Assembly (NCBI GenBank): GCA_947626035.1
Contig: CANQQR010000004.1
Span: forward strand, 1-61,706
Direction of reading: 5' to 3'
Origin: an uncultured Bacilli bacterium
Lineage (GTDB): Bacteria > Bacillota_I > Bacilli_A > RF39 > UBA660
Length of the DNA stretch: 61,706 bases
The notes beneath the pieces were generated by a model that saw nothing but the letters and a program-made list of their open reading frames with translations, had not been told where the DNA came from and made no database searches. A program made the position numbers and the translations under genes. Positions 60,285 through 61,706 of this stretch are shown piece by piece (position 1 is the first letter of the stretch; each line of letters begins with the position of its first letter).

Positions 60285-61541
60285 ATGAATAAATATAATC
60301 GATTAAATATAACAAAAGAACAAATGAGATATTTAAAAAAGAAACTAAAGATAACGAAAATGGAAGACATAGAGACAACTGTCCTAAAAGATTTGAAAGA
60401 GACATTTAAGGAATTAAAAGATCGAAGACAAAAATCAAAAACTCATTATAAAATATGGGATATTGTATGTTATGTGATTTTTGCCCAAATGTCCGGTGCA
60501 GAAGATTGGGAAGATATAGAAGAATTTATCAATTATCATTATGATTTTTTTAGAAAGTTCTTATTGATGACAGGAGGAGTTCCGAATTATCAAACGATAG
60601 AAAGAGTAATGTCTATCATTGATAGTCATGAACTTGAAAATATGTTAGTTGAATTTATCAAAAAAATCACGTTTAATGAAAAAACAGAAACAGAAATTTT
60701 AAATATAGATGGAAGAGTAGATTGTGGAAGTAGTAGAAAAGAAACAAACTATCATGGAAAAACATCACCATTAAATGTACTAAATGTTTACTCTAATAAT
60801 TATGGTATGTGTTTAGCAAGTGAGATGATAGAAGATAAAACAAATGAAATAACAACTATACCATCAATATTAGAGCGTTTAAATATAAAAGATACAGTCA
60901 TAACATGGGATGCATTAAATACACAAAAGAAAAATGTAGAAATAGTGAAAAGCAAAAAAGGAAATTACGTTGTGCCAGTTAAGAAAAATCATCCAAACTT
61001 TAATGCTGATTTAGAGTTATATTTCAATGAAAAAACACAAGAAGAAATCATAGCAGGAAGAAGTGATAGTGCGTATTTAAAAGAAATGGAAAAAAGCCAT
61101 TCTTGTTATATAACCTATGAATATTTCCAAACAACTGATGTAAAGTGGTACAGTGGACATAAAGAATGGAAAGGGTTAAATAGCTTTGGTATGGTAAAGA
61201 AAACAATTGAGAGAAACAAAGAAACAATTGTTGAAAAAAGATTTTATATATCAAGTTTGTTTATAGATATAGAGTTATTTTCAAAATCAATAAGAAATCA
61301 TTGGAGTATAGAAAATAAATTACATTGGCATTTAGATTTTACTTTTAGAGAAGATAAGAATACTACACAGAATAAGAAAGCATTGATGAATTTGCAGCTT
61401 ATTAATAAATTTTGTCTAGGAATATTTAGTAGAATAAAGTCGTTTTATAAAAATAAAAGTTTACGTCGAATGAAAAAAATTATGGGAATGGATTTTGAAG
61501 GAATCTTAATAAAAAACATATGTTATTTATTACTATCTTAA
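60285..61541 (+). CDS. ISAs1-family transposase (DDE)
   Basis: 418 aa. The N-terminal FKELKDRRQKSKTHYKIWDIVCYVIFAQMSGAEDWEDIEEF matches the DDE_Tnp_1_assoc signature. C-terminal HWSIENKLHWHLDFTFRED. Confidence 0.8.
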   Translation: MNKYNRLNITKEQMRYLKKKLKITKMEDIETTVLKDLKETFKELKDRRQKSKTHYKIWDIVCYVIFAQMSGAEDWEDIEEFINYHYDFFRKFLLMTGGVPNYQTIERVMSIIDSHELENMLVEFIKKITFNEKTETEILNIDGRVDCGSSRKETNYHGKTSPLNVLNVYSNNYGMCLASEMIEDKTNEITTIPSILERLNIKDTVITWDALNTQKKNVEIVKSKKGNYVVPVKKNHPNFNADLELYFNEKTQEEIIAGRSDSAYLKEMEKSHSCYITYEYFQTTDVKWYSGHKEWKGLNSFGMVKKTIERNKETIVEKRFYISSLFIDIELFSKSIRNHWSIENKLHWHLDFTFREDKNTTQNKKALMNLQLINKFCLGIFSRIKSFYKNKSLRRMKKIMGMDFEGILIKNICYLLLS

Positions 61542-61629
61542 AGTAAATTTTTAAAGAAAAAAACATCTAAAAACCATATTCTATATATTTTTAAATGTTC
61601 TTCTTTTATTTTTTCATGATTTTATCCTG
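61542..61629. repeat. IS right terminal inverted repeat
   Basis: See 60161-60248. Confidence 0.9.
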
Positions 61630-61706
61630 AAAAATTTATTCTTTAATTTCATATTGAATTACTTTATTTATTATTTCTGATTTTATTATATCATCAAATA
61701 CGTCTG

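Larger units (their letters stand above)
60161..61629 (+). mobile_element. intact ISAs1-family-like insertion sequence
   Basis: Single transposase gene flanked by 88-bp inverted repeats (one mismatch) and a 9-bp direct duplication AAAAATTTA (60152-60160 and 61630-61638). Confidence 0.85.

Overview
61.7-kb window from a very AT-rich Bacillota-type chromosome (GC not computed), with almost all genes on the minus strand. The core backbone is syntenic with the origin-proximal region of endospore-forming Firmicutes. In minus-strand order it reads: metG with a Met T-box leader, tatD, rsmA, yabG, veg, spoVG, yabP-yabQ-divIC, pcrA, ligA, tilS, ftsH, parA-parB, ychF. The plus strand of the core is strongly G-depleted whichever strand a gene is on.

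Three parts are not ordinary.

(1) 15.5-25.1 kb is a ten-gene surface or matrix locus.
- It starts with a ~965-aa Cys-rich, thrombospondin-type-3-like calcium-repeat protein.
- Seven tandem cassettes (16.9-22.0 kb) follow, encoding ~165-200-aa secreted proteins with a TasA/camelysin-type 'TFAYFT' (SipW-dependent-like) signal peptide. Two diverged paralogs come last.
- The cassettes share an identical leader block and conserved 3' junctions.
- Only the promoter-proximal copy has a canonical SD plus ATG. Four downstream copies carry ACG at the homologous codon and have no in-frame start, yet keep full open frames.
- I read this as a candidate expression-site plus donor-cassette (gene-conversion) variation system. 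This is my headline finding.

(2) 46.2-61.7 kb is an accessory, mobile-DNA-rich region. It contains:
- a consensus promoter driving a ~500-nt ORF-free structured RNA;
- a homopolymer-interrupted acyltransferase-3 gene;
- a beta-CASP metallo-beta-lactamase (MBL) nuclease plus PD-(D/E)xK two-gene operon, a candidate defence system;
- an exonuclease-less, PHP-degenerate PolC-like polymerase with a KOW-domain protein and an HTH protein;
- an HTH-Fic gene and an internally deleted integrase, flanked by 48-bp direct repeats;
- an intact ISAs1-like IS with 88-bp inverted repeats and a 9-bp target duplication.

(3) 1-1.35 kb is a partly duplicated XRE module, with a small hydrophobic peptide ORF in both copies.

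No rRNA, tRNA or CRISPR array was seen.
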